Part shown: positions 39,729-48,765 of the stretch, piece after piece
How the letters are laid out: each line of letters opens with the position of its first letter
Numbering within the stretch: the stretch's first letter is position 1
Assembly (NCBI GenBank): GCA_963724815.1
Contig: CAVRWS010000016.1
Coordinates: forward strand, 51,741 to 115,740
Source: an uncultured Acidobacteriaceae bacterium
GTDB taxonomy: Bacteria > Acidobacteriota > Terriglobia > Terriglobales > Acidobacteriaceae
Length of the DNA: 64,000 bases
Direction of reading: 5' to 3'
The notes under the pieces: model-generated
Told to the model about the DNA's origin: nothing
The model's input: the letters and a program-made list of their open reading frames with translations, nothing else
Database searches by the model: none
Position numbers and translations under genes: made by a program

Positions 39729-40736
39729 TCAATAGGTCCTGGCCGGGACCTTCTCACTGGTCAGGAATTCAATTAGCACCCGGTTAAACTCCTCCGGACA
39801 CTCTTCGTAAGGCAGATGTCCGATCCCCGGAAAAACAACCAGCTCAGAATTCGGAAAGAATTTTCTCAGCGGCTCCGCCGACGAAGCATACACCGCCGTG
39901 TCCTTGCTCCCCCACATCAAGAGTGTCGGAACACCGGCCAGTTCCGGCAAAATCGCTTCTAATTCACGCAGGTCCTGCGTCCAGGTCCGCACAATGCTCA
40001 GCGCGTGTTCGAACAATCCCGGCTTCGCCAGCGGAGCCATATAACCCGCCAGCGCATCCGGAGGAATGCGTCTGCGGTCGCCATACATTCGCGAATGCCA
40101 ATACGGATACGAAAAACCTGTGCGCGCAATCGTGGCCCGGAACAACCCGGCGCCAAAATTGCTGCCGAAAAACGGCGCCAACCTCCGCCCGTGCGCAGAG
40201 TAGGGATTCACCGGATCCACCAGCACCAAACGCCGCAAGCGCAGCCCGCTATTCGCGTCCAGACATTGTGCCGCGGCAAACATCGCAACCGCCCCGCCAT
40301 GCGAAGTCCCCAGCAAATCAAACGACGTCACTCCCAATCCCGCGATAAATCGCAGAAGCCGCCGCGCCGTCCCCCGCATCGAGTGGTCAATCCCCGCCGG
40401 ACGATCCGAAAACCCCGCTCCCAACATATCCGGCGCGTACACCGTGGCATAAGGCGCCAGAGCCGGCATCGTAAATCGCCACGAAAATGAATACCCCAGC
40501 AGCCCGTGTAAAAGAATCAAAACCGGAGCCGGTGAGACTGCGGGTGCCCCATTTCTCGCGTCCTTTGCGAGAAGTGGGGACCTTGTGCGCAAGTACCGCA
40601 TACGAGCGCCGTCGAAATCCATCCAGCACTCTTCAACTCCCGGACTGAATCCCGAAAACGGCGCGGTAGAATCTCCCCGCTGCGCCGCCGGATCCGTTAA
40701 TTCCTCCAGTTTCCGGGACAACTTTTTCCCCACCAC
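39729..40736 (-). CDS. alpha/beta-fold hydrolase
   Basis: 335-aa ORF with LILLHG oxyanion region, nucleophile elbow GTSHGG and C-terminal GHLPYEE. Carries a P-family repeat in frame near its N-terminus. Confidence 0.85.
   Translation of the reverse strand: MVGKKLSRKLEELTDPAAQRGDSTAPFSGFSPGVEECWMDFDGARMRYLRTRSPLLAKDARNGAPAVSPAPVLILLHGLLGYSFSWRFTMPALAPYATVYAPDMLGAGFSDRPAGIDHSMRGTARRLLRFIAGLGVTSFDLLGTSHGGAVAMFAAAQCLDANSGLRLRRLVLVDPVNPYSAHGRRLAPFFGSNFGAGLFRATIARTGFSYPYWHSRMYGDRRRIPPDALAGYMAPLAKPGLFEHALSIVRTWTQDLRELEAILPELAGVPTLLMWGSKDTAVYASSAEPLRKFFPNSELVVFPGIGHLPYEECPEEFNRVLIEFLTSEKVPARTY
40544..40581. repeat. P-family palindromic element, copy 2, located inside a CDS
   Basis: ggtgccccatttctcgcgtcctttgcgagaagtgggga. 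Read in the hydrolase frame as SPLLAKDARNGAP. Confidence 0.85.
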
Positions 40737-40823
40737 CCGATTCTATCTAAATGAACATCGCCTCTGTTCGCTTCACTTGGGGAGCTTCGGCTCCCCGTTT
40801 TTTCTTGTCGCCTAATTACTTGT

Positions 40824-40866
40824 CGCCTAATAAGGATTGTCATCCGAGCGAAGCTGATGCGCAGTC
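40824..40866. repeat. W-family element (GTCATCC-GAGCGAAG ... CAGTCGAAGG)
   Basis: ggattgtcatccgagcgaagctgatgcgcagtcgaaggttccc, between the hydrolase start and the argD stop. Confidence 0.75.
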
Positions 40867-40955
40867 GAAGGTTCCCTCTGCGAACACTGCGGCCTCTTCT
40901 CCGCGTCCTCTGCGATTCAAGCTTTTGATCTCCTCGACACTTATCGAGAACCCCA

Positions 40956-42179
40956 CTAAGCCGCCGCCTTCCGCTTCTTCCTCAACAACTTCTTCAGCAC
41001 CCGAATCCCCTTGTCGACGTGCTTTTCCTCTAATAAAAATGGAGGCAAAAATCGCACCACCGTATCGTGCGTCGAATTAAAAAGCACGCCCTCACTCAAA
41101 GCCTCATCCACAATCGGCCGCGCCGGAATCTCCAAATTAATCCCCTGAATAAATCCCCGCCCGCGCACTTCCTTAGCCGCAGCGCTCTTCTCAACAATCA
41201 TTTTCAATTCCGACTGCAGATAAGCCCCAACTTTATTCACGTTATCCAAAAGTTTTTCATCCTCCACAATCGCCAAAAACTCCAGCGCCACCCTGCAAGC
41301 CAGCGGACCACCCCCAAACGTAGTCCCATGCTGCCCCGGAGAAATCGCCGAAGCAAATTCTTCCTTCGCAAGAAACGCCCCCAGCGGCAGCCCGGCCGCA
41401 ATCGGCTTGGCAATCGCTACAATATCCGGAGTCACGCCAAAACTCTGGAACGCAAACATCGTCCCCGTGCGCCCCAGCCCACATTGAATCTCATCAAAAA
41501 TCAGCGCCGCCTCGTGCCGGTCCGCCGCCGCACGGCACGCCTGCAAAAATTCGACCGAACACTCATAAATTCCGCCCTCGCCAAAAATCGGCTCCAGCAC
41601 AATCGCACAAGTGTTGTCGTTCACCGCCGCCCGCAGCCCTTCCAAATCATTCTGCGCAATAAACGTCACTTCCTCCAGCATCGGCTCAAATCCCTTGCGA
41701 TGCTTCTCCTGCCCAGTCAGCGACAGCGCCCCAAACGTCCGCCCGTGATACGAGCCCTCGAGCGCCACCAGCCGCGACTTCCCCTCCCCGCCCGCGCGAT
41801 GTCCCGCCAGCCGCGCCAGCTTGATCGACCCCTCAATCGCCTCAGTCCCCGAGTTCTGAAAAAACGCCCGGAACTTTTCTCCCGTACCCCCGCCCGCCAG
41901 CGTGCACAGCTTCTCCGCCAGCGCCCCCTGATACTCGTGGTAATAAAGGTTGGAGACGTGAATCAGCTTCCCCGCCTGCTCCCGAATCGTCTTCACAATC
42001 CGCGGATGCGCATGCCCCAACGCATTCACTCCCAACCCCGACACAAAGTCGAGATAGCGCTTGTCGTCGAGGTCGTAAAGAAACACGCCCTTCCCCCGCG
42101 TCAACACAACGGGATACCGGTTGTAAGTCCCCAGCAAATACTGCTTCTCAAGCTCAACAATCTGTTCGAATGTTTTCAT
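40956..42179 (-). CDS. argD: acetylornithine aminotransferase (class III)
   Basis: 407-aa ORF, class-III aminotransferase over its full length, with PLP-lysine region DIVAIAKPIAAGLPLGA. Confidence 0.88.
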   Translation of the reverse strand: MKTFEQIVELEKQYLLGTYNRYPVVLTRGKGVFLYDLDDKRYLDFVSGLGVNALGHAHPRIVKTIREQAGKLIHVSNLYYHEYQGALAEKLCTLAGGGTGEKFRAFFQNSGTEAIEGSIKLARLAGHRAGGEGKSRLVALEGSYHGRTFGALSLTGQEKHRKGFEPMLEEVTFIAQNDLEGLRAAVNDNTCAIVLEPIFGEGGIYECSVEFLQACRAAADRHEAALIFDEIQCGLGRTGTMFAFQSFGVTPDIVAIAKPIAAGLPLGAFLAKEEFASAISPGQHGTTFGGGPLACRVALEFLAIVEDEKLLDNVNKVGAYLQSELKMIVEKSAAAKEVRGRGFIQGINLEIPARPIVDEALSEGVLFNSTHDTVVRFLPPFLLEEKHVDKGIRVLKKLLRKKRKAAA

Positions 42180-42255
42180 AGGAAGACTCGATTGTAACGG
42201 AAATATAAACGTGAATCGTCCCCAGCATCGCCCGCCCGATATGGGAACGAATTAT

Positions 42256-42300
42256 CGTCCGCAGGACGCCTGGCAATAGCCCGGCGTTTCAACGCCGGGT
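42256..42300. repeat. R-family REP, copy R1 (upstream of RAYT)
   Basis: cgtccgcaggacgcctggcaatagcccggcgtttcaacgccgggt. Two hairpins. 41/45 identical to the reverse complement of 42852-42896. Confidence 0.9.
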
Positions 42301-42360
42301 ACGATGTAATGGTATCGAACCGCTTCCCGTAGGGAAGCCTGAAATCTCCCTGAGAATCCC

Positions 42361-42807
42361 ATGGCGCACACTTACGTTTCCGAATTGATCCATTGCGTTT
42401 TCTCGACGAAACAGCGCCGCAATCTAATCCCGCCCGAGATCCAACCACAACTCTGGTCCTTCCTAGGCGGCATCGCCCGCAAGAACGGATTCAAGGCGCT
42501 CATGGTCGGCGGAACTGAAAATCACGTACACATCCTGCTCTCGTTACCCGCAACGATGCCGCTAGCCAAAGCCATGCAATTAGTAAAAGGCGCGTCGTCA
42601 CATTGGATGAATGAAACATTCAAAACGGAATTTGCCTGGCAGGAAGGCTACGGCGCCTTTACCGTCGGAGTCTCACAGAAGACCGACACGATTGCCTATA
42701 TCCAGAATCAGGCAGAGCGCCATCGCAAGCGCAATTTCGAAGATGAGTTCGTCGCCTTCTTGAAGAAGAATGGCATCGAATACGATCCGCAGCATGTGTG
42801 GGGATAG
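42361..42807 (+). mobile_element. tnpA: REP-associated tyrosine transposase (RAYT; IS200/IS605 TnpA Y1 family)
   Basis: 148-aa ORF with HUH motif (ENHVHILLS) and C-terminal tyrosine motif (AYIQNQ). No TnpB partner. Flanked by inverted REP hairpins. Confidence 0.85.
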
Positions 42808-42851
42808 GTTCATGCATCCCTACGGGATGCGCCTCCCTCGTGGACGATCGA

Positions 42852-42896
42852 CCCGGCGTTGAAACGCCGGGCTATTATCAGGCGTCCTCCGGGCGC
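42852..42896. repeat. R-family REP, copy R2 (downstream of RAYT, inverted)
   Basis: acccggcgttgaaacgccgggctattatcaggcgtcctccgggcg, the inverted partner of R1. Confidence 0.9.
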
Positions 42897-43002
42897 AAAC
42901 CCCTCTCGAATCACCTCGCCGGTCCAAGCTACTCTGTATTGGACACTGTCCTTGCGCCTAACCTCCGGAGGACGCCAGACACGCATCCGAGAACACAGGC
43001 CC

Positions 43003-43047
43003 AACGTCCGGAGGACGTTTGAAAATAGCCCGGCGTTTTAACGCCGG
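43003..43047. repeat. R-family REP, copy R3 (same orientation as R1)
   Basis: cgtccggaggacgtttgaaaatagcccggcgttttaacgccggtt, 38/45 identical to R1. A partial copy lies at about 42961-42975. Confidence 0.85.
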
Positions 43048-43237
43048 TTGCAGCCGCGAGAAAAACCAAACCCGTCCCGGAGGGACGGCTGAACCGCGTG
43101 GCGCTCTTCGCTTCAACTGGACCAACGAAGACCAGGGAGAAGCTGCGCTAAAATGCACCATAATCCGGTTCTTGGAGAGAACGGATATAGAGAACGGAAG
43201 TGAAAAGGCCAAATCGTCAGGCTTTTGAAGAGCAACC

Positions 43238-43981
43238 ATGGGCCAAGACAACTTCATTCCGGTTACAACGAATGCGAGGTCGCGAAGCGATCTCGTCGCG
43301 CGCGGATTTACTCGCCAGCCGCTCAGAGTTGACGCAGACGTAGCGCGCTCGCTGGAAGAGTTATCCCACACGGCCTGGTCTATTCCACGGGATAAATACT
43401 ATGAAGCGGGCGACAGGTATCGTTCCTTAAATCGCGTCCGGGCAGAGATCGTTGAGGGTGGTGTAAAGGTTTCCTTGAGCGAAGAGACCACGCCTTACGT
43501 GCAGTTGAAAAAATACAACACGACCATCGGCGGCCAGCCGCGAGAGTACGCTCCGCTGTCCCCGGCAATCGCCGGTTCCATAGGCGTTCTCAAGATGATT
43601 GCTCACCACCTGCAATACCTGCCGCTCTCGGCGGTGGGCACCAGGTATCTGGTCAACGTCCATCTCATAAGATTCACAGCTACGCCAGGGCGGCCCTGCG
43701 ACACCAGCCCTCCGGGTTTACACAAAGACGGGGAGAAGTACATCGCGACGCATCTACTGGGCCGCTGCGGCGCTCACGGTGGAGAAGTCGTCATCAGCGA
43801 CAATGACAAACACGAAGTGGATCGCTTCACCATGCACGAAACGGGTGAGTGTTACGTCTTCGACGATGATCGCGTCTGGCATATGCTGACGCCGGTGGCT
43901 GTACTGGAAGGCAATCAGTTCGCCTATCGCGACACGCTGGCATTCGATATGCTCCCAGAGGGCTGGGAACCCGCGAAATAA
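43238..43981 (+). CDS. 2OG-Fe(II) dioxygenase family protein (2OG-Fe_Oxy_2-like)
   Basis: 247-aa ORF with HxD facial-triad motif in GLHKDGEKYI and distal His in RVWHMLTPV. Confidence 0.75.
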   Translation: MGQDNFIPVTTNARSRSDLVARGFTRQPLRVDADVARSLEELSHTAWSIPRDKYYEAGDRYRSLNRVRAEIVEGGVKVSLSEETTPYVQLKKYNTTIGGQPREYAPLSPAIAGSIGVLKMIAHHLQYLPLSAVGTRYLVNVHLIRFTATPGRPCDTSPPGLHKDGEKYIATHLLGRCGAHGGEVVISDNDKHEVDRFTMHETGECYVFDDDRVWHMLTPVAVLEGNQFAYRDTLAFDMLPEGWEPAK

Positions 43982-44207
43982 TCCGTGGCTGGCGGGCCAC
44001 GTCTGCAGTCTGACTAAATTGGGTGCCACACTTGGGCTTTGGCAGCGATCAACTGGAGGCTGGCCCGGCCTATTCAGATCGAAAGTGTCGACTCAAGTCT
44101 CGCTCGGGCGGAGATTTGGAAAACTGAGCAATTCAGGGCAGCGCCCGTTCCAGCGTGTGAATAGTGTGAGAGCACTACGCCAACAGCCTTACAACTGAGG
44201 AGAATTC

Positions 44208-44612
44208 ATGAAGATATTCACATCTCTTGCCCTTGCTGCGATTGCTGGTATGTGCTTTACCGTCACCGCTCCCAAAGTAGATGCCCAGATCGGCGTCGAA
44301 ATCGGCGTCGCACCTGACTGCCCCTATGGTTACTACGATGCCGCTCCTTATGGTTGCGCCCCTTACGGCTATTACGGATCGGAATGGTTTACCGGTGGCG
44401 TCTTCATTGGCGCCGGACCGTGGTTTCATGGCTCCGATAACTTCCGGGGACACGTAAATAATCGCTACCATCCCGAGCACGGTTATAGAGGCCCAACGCC
44501 GCAACGTGGCGAGAAAGCCGAGCCCTCAAAACGCGTCGATAAGGTCGCCCACTTCAAAGGAAACGAAGTCCGTGATGGGCGCGGCCACGCAACCGGAGGG
44601 AAGCGAGGCTAA
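44208..44612 (+). CDS. small secreted Gly/Tyr/Pro-rich protein
   Basis: 134-aa ORF with signal peptide (AAIAGMCFTVTAPKVDAQ) preceded by GAGGAG. Contains repeated PYGYY/PYGC motifs. Confidence 0.5.
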   Translation: MKIFTSLALAAIAGMCFTVTAPKVDAQIGVEIGVAPDCPYGYYDAAPYGCAPYGYYGSEWFTGGVFIGAGPWFHGSDNFRGHVNNRYHPEHGYRGPTPQRGEKAEPSKRVDKVAHFKGNEVRDGRGHATGGKRG

Positions 44613-44623
44613 GATTAGCCGGA

Positions 44624-44661
44624 TGCCCCACTTCTCGCCGCCGTTGCGAGAAGTGGGCTGC
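44624..44661. repeat. P-family palindromic element, copy 3
   Basis: gatgccccacttctcgccgccgttgcgagaagtgggct, with a 12-bp perfect stem cccacttctcgc / gcgagaagtggg. Lies between convergent genes. Confidence 0.85.
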
Positions 44662-44703
44662 GGCTGAAATCTTTGGACGAGTGTGGCCCACGAACCCGCG
44701 GGC

Positions 44704-45603
44704 TCAGTACAATCCCTTCGCCCCCGGCGGCCGCGTCTTCCACCTGCGATGCACCCACAACCACTGCTCCGGATACTTCCGCACATACTCTTCAATAATC
44801 GACGTGAATTTCTGCGTGTTCGCCTGGATGTCCGCCTCCAAATCGCCCGTACGCACTAACTCTACGGCCGGATCAAACCGCAGGCGGTATTTCCCCAGCG
44901 CTGCGTCCCAGATCGTGAACGTCGGTACCACTGCCGCATCGGTGCGCAGCGCAATCCGCGCCAGCCCGCTAGCCGTGCATGCCGGGATGCCGAAGAAATC
45001 CACGAAGATCCCTTGCGGCGGAGTCATGTTGGTATCCATCAGCATGCCTACCACTTCGCCCGCATGCATCGCCGAAAGCAGCCCACGCACAAAATTATCT
45101 TTGTCCACGGTTTTGTTTCCATACATGGTGCGATACTCGCGAATCAACCGGTCGAGATACTGATTATCCAGCGCACGCATCACCACATGCATCCAGTGCC
45201 CGTGCATGGAATGCATAAACGCGGAAAGCTCCCACCCGCCAAAATGCGCGGTCAGAAACAGCACTCCTTTACCACGGGCATACGCCTGCTGATAGTTTTC
45301 CAGCCCGTCATACACAACAACTTGGTCAACATTTTCCAGCGTGTACTTCGGGAAGTGGCAGACCTCCGCCAGTTGACGCCCCAGCGAAGCAAACTCCCCG
45401 CGCAGAATCCGCGCCCGCTCCGCTTCAGTTTTTTCCGGAAACGCCAGGGCCAGATTGCGCATGCCCACATGCCGCAATCGCACGTGCAGAAGATAAACGC
45501 CCCAAGCCAGACCAATGCCAATGGCCCGGGCCAACCGTCGTGGCAAAATACCAAGGATTTTGATAAACGGCCAAGCTGCCGCGTACTCAAGTCGCTGCCG
45601 CAT
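44704..45603 (-). CDS. lipid A biosynthesis acyltransferase-like protein (LpxL/HtrB family)
   Basis: ORF 44704..45681. Likely start ATG 45603 (MRQRLEYAAAW). Acyltransferase motif LTAHFGGWE. Confidence 0.85.
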   Translation of the reverse strand: MRQRLEYAAAWPFIKILGILPRRLARAIGIGLAWGVYLLHVRLRHVGMRNLALAFPEKTEAERARILRGEFASLGRQLAEVCHFPKYTLENVDQVVVYDGLENYQQAYARGKGVLFLTAHFGGWELSAFMHSMHGHWMHVVMRALDNQYLDRLIREYRTMYGNKTVDKDNFVRGLLSAMHAGEVVGMLMDTNMTPPQGIFVDFFGIPACTASGLARIALRTDAAVVPTFTIWDAALGKYRLRFDPAVELVRTGDLEADIQANTQKFTSIIEEYVRKYPEQWLWVHRRWKTRPPGAKGLY

Positions 45604-45742
45604 CGGGGGAAGCGTGACGGTACCACCGTCACAACTTAATTGCAAATAAGTGCGGATACCACAAAGGACACCAAGGTTCACGAAGAAAAATCAAAATCCT
45701 TCGTGCAACTTCGCGTCCTTCGTGGTTCATGATGCTGTCCTG

Positions 45743-46426
45743 CTACTTTGCCGCTTCCTGCGCCCACTGCGCCAGCGACGTCAAGAACGCGTTCGCTCCC
45801 GGCGGCGGCTCAATCTCTCCGGTCAGCGCAGTCTTAAACGGGACCATGCGCCCGTAGAAATCCCTTGTGCTGTCTTTATCCTGCTTGATGACGGCTCCAT
45901 TCAGACTCACGCCGGCGAATAACCCACGCGCCCGCGAGTAAGTCAGAACCTCAGCCCGCATCTTCCAATCCGTATTCCCTTCCGCGTGGCGCCCCACGGG
46001 CCCCGCCGCCACTGAAGCGTCCGCGCCCAGCGCGAACTGGCTCGAGAGCAAATGCTTCATCCCATTTTTGTTCATAATCAGCATCACCAGATCCACCGCC
46101 TGGCCGCCGATCTGGAACCCTACGCTTCCGCCGGTCACCACAAAAAATGCCGGAGCACTCCATCCCTTCGCGGTGCGGCAACTCGCCAGCCCGCGCCCAT
46201 ACTTCGCGCCCACAATAAATCCGCCTTTCAGCATCGACGGCACTACGGCCACGCACTCTGCCGACCCCAACACCTCTTGGGGTATACCTTTGTCCGGCGC
46301 ACCCTGAATGTCGTTTAGCACCTGGGCCGCCGCTTCTACGCGGTCCGAAACCTTCGTATCCTCATCGGCCGCAAAGGAGAAAGAACAGACAGAAACAATC
46401 ACAGCAAGCAACAAGAACTTTTTCAT
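45743..46426 (-). CDS. SYLF (Ysc84-like, DUF500) domain protein, secreted
   Basis: 227-aa ORF with signal peptide and SYLF-like blocks (AECVAVVPSMLKGGFIVGAKYGRG, FQIGGQAVD). Confidence 0.8.
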   Translation of the reverse strand: MKKFLLLAVIVSVCSFSFAADEDTKVSDRVEAAAQVLNDIQGAPDKGIPQEVLGSAECVAVVPSMLKGGFIVGAKYGRGLASCRTAKGWSAPAFFVVTGGSVGFQIGGQAVDLVMLIMNKNGMKHLLSSQFALGADASVAAGPVGRHAEGNTDWKMRAEVLTYSRARGLFAGVSLNGAVIKQDKDSTRDFYGRMVPFKTALTGEIEPPPGANAFLTSLAQWAQEAAK

Positions 46427-46742
46427 GGTTCCTCACCACACAAAATTTTTCTGGGATCTGTTGCTTTGGATTGTAAACGAACCTCGCCCCCGCGTGTCAG
46501 GAACGCTCAACCACGAAGCGTCGAGTCTGGAAGAAATCAAGTTCAGAAAAGGATGGAATTTTGGAAGGCAAAAAAATCGGGGCTGAAAGCAGTGACCCTA
46601 ATCGCCACTCTCAACCCCGTCTCCCAGGTTCTGTGGTAGGTGAACCGAGTATGCCGCGCACTCAATTTCCCTGCAAGATTACCGAGGTCACGGCTCCAAA
46701 GTTACTAAGCCGGAAGCGCGTAGCCAGCAGCCAAAAACTACC

Positions 46743-47399
46743 CTACTTCGCCGCTACCAGCGAATGCGTAATCGCGTGCACCGAAAGCGCAATCCGATTC
46801 TGCACGCCCACCTTGCGCATTAACTTCGCCACATGCGCCTTAACCGTACGCTCTTCAATTCCTAACTGTGCGCCAATCTCTTTGTTGGAGCGTCCCGCCA
46901 CCAACATCTCCAGCACTTCTTTTTCGCGATCGGTAAATGTCACGCGCCCCGCGGGAAAAATCCTTCCCGGCGCCGACGATACCCGCTCAATAAACATGGA
47001 TAGCACTCGGCGCGGCGCCCACACCGATCCCTGGCTCACGATGCGAATCGCCTGCGCGAACTCCGCCGGCGAAGCCGCCTCGTCCACATAACCCTTGGCT
47101 CCCGAAGCGATCGCTTTAAGAATCGTCTCTTCGTCCACTCCCGATCCCGTCACAATAATGCGCAGATCCGGACGCGTCGCCTTCAGGCTCGCCATCACAT
47201 CAAACAGATTCTGGCCAGAGCGGTTTCCAAGCAGGATCAGGTCGACATCCTGCAACGTGGAAATCTCAGGCAGGCCTGCGGAGATCAGTTCGAACTCAGG
47301 CTCGGTATCGAACAAGGCGCGGAATCCCACAAACCGCAGGGGATCGCTTTCCACTACGGCAATCTTGATAATCGGTTTTCTCGCTACGGCTGCTTTCAT
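46743..47399 (-). CDS. LuxR/NarL-family response regulator with atypical receiver domain
   Basis: ORF 46743..47456. Likely start ATG 47399. C-terminal LuxR HTH (TDREKEVLEMLVAGRSNKEIGAQLGIEERTVKAHV). The receiver has Gly where the phospho-acceptor Asp is expected (DLILLGNRS). Confidence 0.85.
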   Translation of the reverse strand: MKAAVARKPIIKIAVVESDPLRFVGFRALFDTEPEFELISAGLPEISTLQDVDLILLGNRSGQNLFDVMASLKATRPDLRIIVTGSGVDEETILKAIASGAKGYVDEAASPAEFAQAIRIVSQGSVWAPRRVLSMFIERVSSAPGRIFPAGRVTFTDREKEVLEMLVAGRSNKEIGAQLGIEERTVKAHVAKLMRKVGVQNRIALSVHAITHSLVAAK

Positions 47400-47580
47400 T
47401 AGGTTTCCCTGTTGGGCGTAATTACGTAACAAAAGCATAGCGGCAATTCCTCGCAATGCAAAGAGAACGTGACCGAAGTCGAATTACGGGAGTAACATGA
47501 AAAAGCGTCCCAAAAGGAATCTTTCACCGCCGAAATTGGCGGTTATTTCTTGTACCAGTCATTTGCGGAGAAGAATCAGC

Positions 47581-48039
47581 ATGGGAAAATGTTCTACCTC
47601 TTTGTTAGCCCTGACGATCGGTATTGCATTAACGTTAACCAATTTATTTGTGCTGGCTCCCCCGCTCGCCGCCCAAACCCCCGCCTCAACTTATAAACCA
47701 AAATTTCCCGGCGACCCCGCCCGCTCTGATTCCGAAGCCGCCGCTCTTGCCTATATGCGCGTCGTAATCCGCGCCCAGCACCGCTTTCAGAAGCAGTACG
47801 GCCACTTCGCGACTTCTCTGAACGAACTGGTCCACTCCGGCTCCTTCACCAAACGCATGGTCAACCCCGACCGCGGCGATTACCTAGCCAGCTTCAAAGG
47901 CAAGAAAGACAGCTTCATCCTGACCATGACGCCCCAGCATCTCGACGCCGAACACCGCTCCTTCTACGCCGAAGACGACGGCAAAATCCACGCCGAAGAA
48001 GACAAACCCGCCGGTCCGGACTCGCCCATCGTCAAATGA
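47581..48039 (+). CDS. hypothetical secreted protein
   Basis: ORF 47497..48039. Likely start ATG 47581 (MGKCSTSLLALTIGIALTL...AAQ signal peptide). No family recognised. Confidence 0.5.
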   Translation: MGKCSTSLLALTIGIALTLTNLFVLAPPLAAQTPASTYKPKFPGDPARSDSEAAALAYMRVVIRAQHRFQKQYGHFATSLNELVHSGSFTKRMVNPDRGDYLASFKGKKDSFILTMTPQHLDAEHRSFYAEDDGKIHAEEDKPAGPDSPIVK

Positions 48040-48104
48040 TTTTTGGATCTGTCGTCCTGATGATATTTCCAGCTCTGTCATCCTGAGCGCCCATTTCCAA
48101 CTCT

Positions 48105-48165
48105 GTCATCCTGAGCGAAGGCAGTGCTTCGCGAATGCGAAGCATTGCCGCAGTCGAAGGATCCC
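48105..48165. repeat. W-family element, full copy
   Basis: gtcatcctgagcgaag-gcagtgcttcgcgaatgcgaagcattgc-cgcagtcgaaggatccc. Preceded by two head-only copies (48050-48060, 48075-48089). Confidence 0.85.
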
Positions 48166-48282
48166 TTGCGCCCAAGCGAACCCGTCGCCCGAGCGAGGTA
48201 TTTCGATCACTGGCCACTCAATAAGCCAATCCTCGGTTTATGATGGAAGAGAACTTATTATGGAATTGCATACGGAGGAACT

Positions 48283-48744
48283 ATGACACCGAATGTCGGC
48301 GCGCAAGCGCCCGAATTCACATTGAAAGACCAAGATCAGAAAGAAGTAAAACTCAGCGACTACCGCGGCAAAAAGAACGTGGTGCTCGTCTTCTATCCAC
48401 TCGACTGGAGTCCGGTCTGCACCAAAGAGCACGCCTGCATGGTCAATGACAAAAAGCAATTCGATCAGCTCGACGCGCAAGTCCTCGGCCTCAGCGTCGA
48501 CAGTGTTTGGTCGCACAAGGCCTACGCTGACAAGATGGGAATCCACTATCCACTGCTCGCCGATTTCCATCCCCGCGGCGCGGTCGCCGCCAAGTACGGC
48601 GTCTATCTGGAAGACAAGGGCATTACTGGCCGCGCCATCTTCATCATCGACCGGAACGGCAAACTCGCCTGGCAAAAAAACTACGACATCCCCGTCGTCC
48701 CCGACATCAACGAAGTCTCTAAAGCGCTGTCCCAAGTTAAATGA
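48283..48744 (+). CDS. peroxiredoxin (AhpC/TSA family, Bcp/AhpE-like)
   Basis: 153-aa ORF with peroxidatic Cys motif [13 protein letters not shown]. Confidence 0.9.
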   Translation: MTPNVGAQAPEFTLKDQDQKEVKLSDYRGKKNVVLVFYPLDWSPVCTKEHACMVNDKKQFDQLDAQVLGLSVDSVWSHKAYADKMGIHYPLLADFHPRGAVAAKYGVYLEDKGITGRAIFIIDRNGKLAWQKNYDIPVVPDINEVSKALSQVK

Positions 48745-48765
48745 AGCTCTTAAGAATCTGAACCG

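Noticed and set aside
41067-42197. Very long antisense ORFs opposite real genes (41067..42197, 55910..56977, 57090..58340, 60038..61438, 62293..63369, 33102..33923 and others)
   Set aside because: Their translations are Arg/Pro/His-rich and not protein-like, while the opposite strands encode clearly recognisable enzymes. These are typical shadow ORFs of GC-rich DNA.
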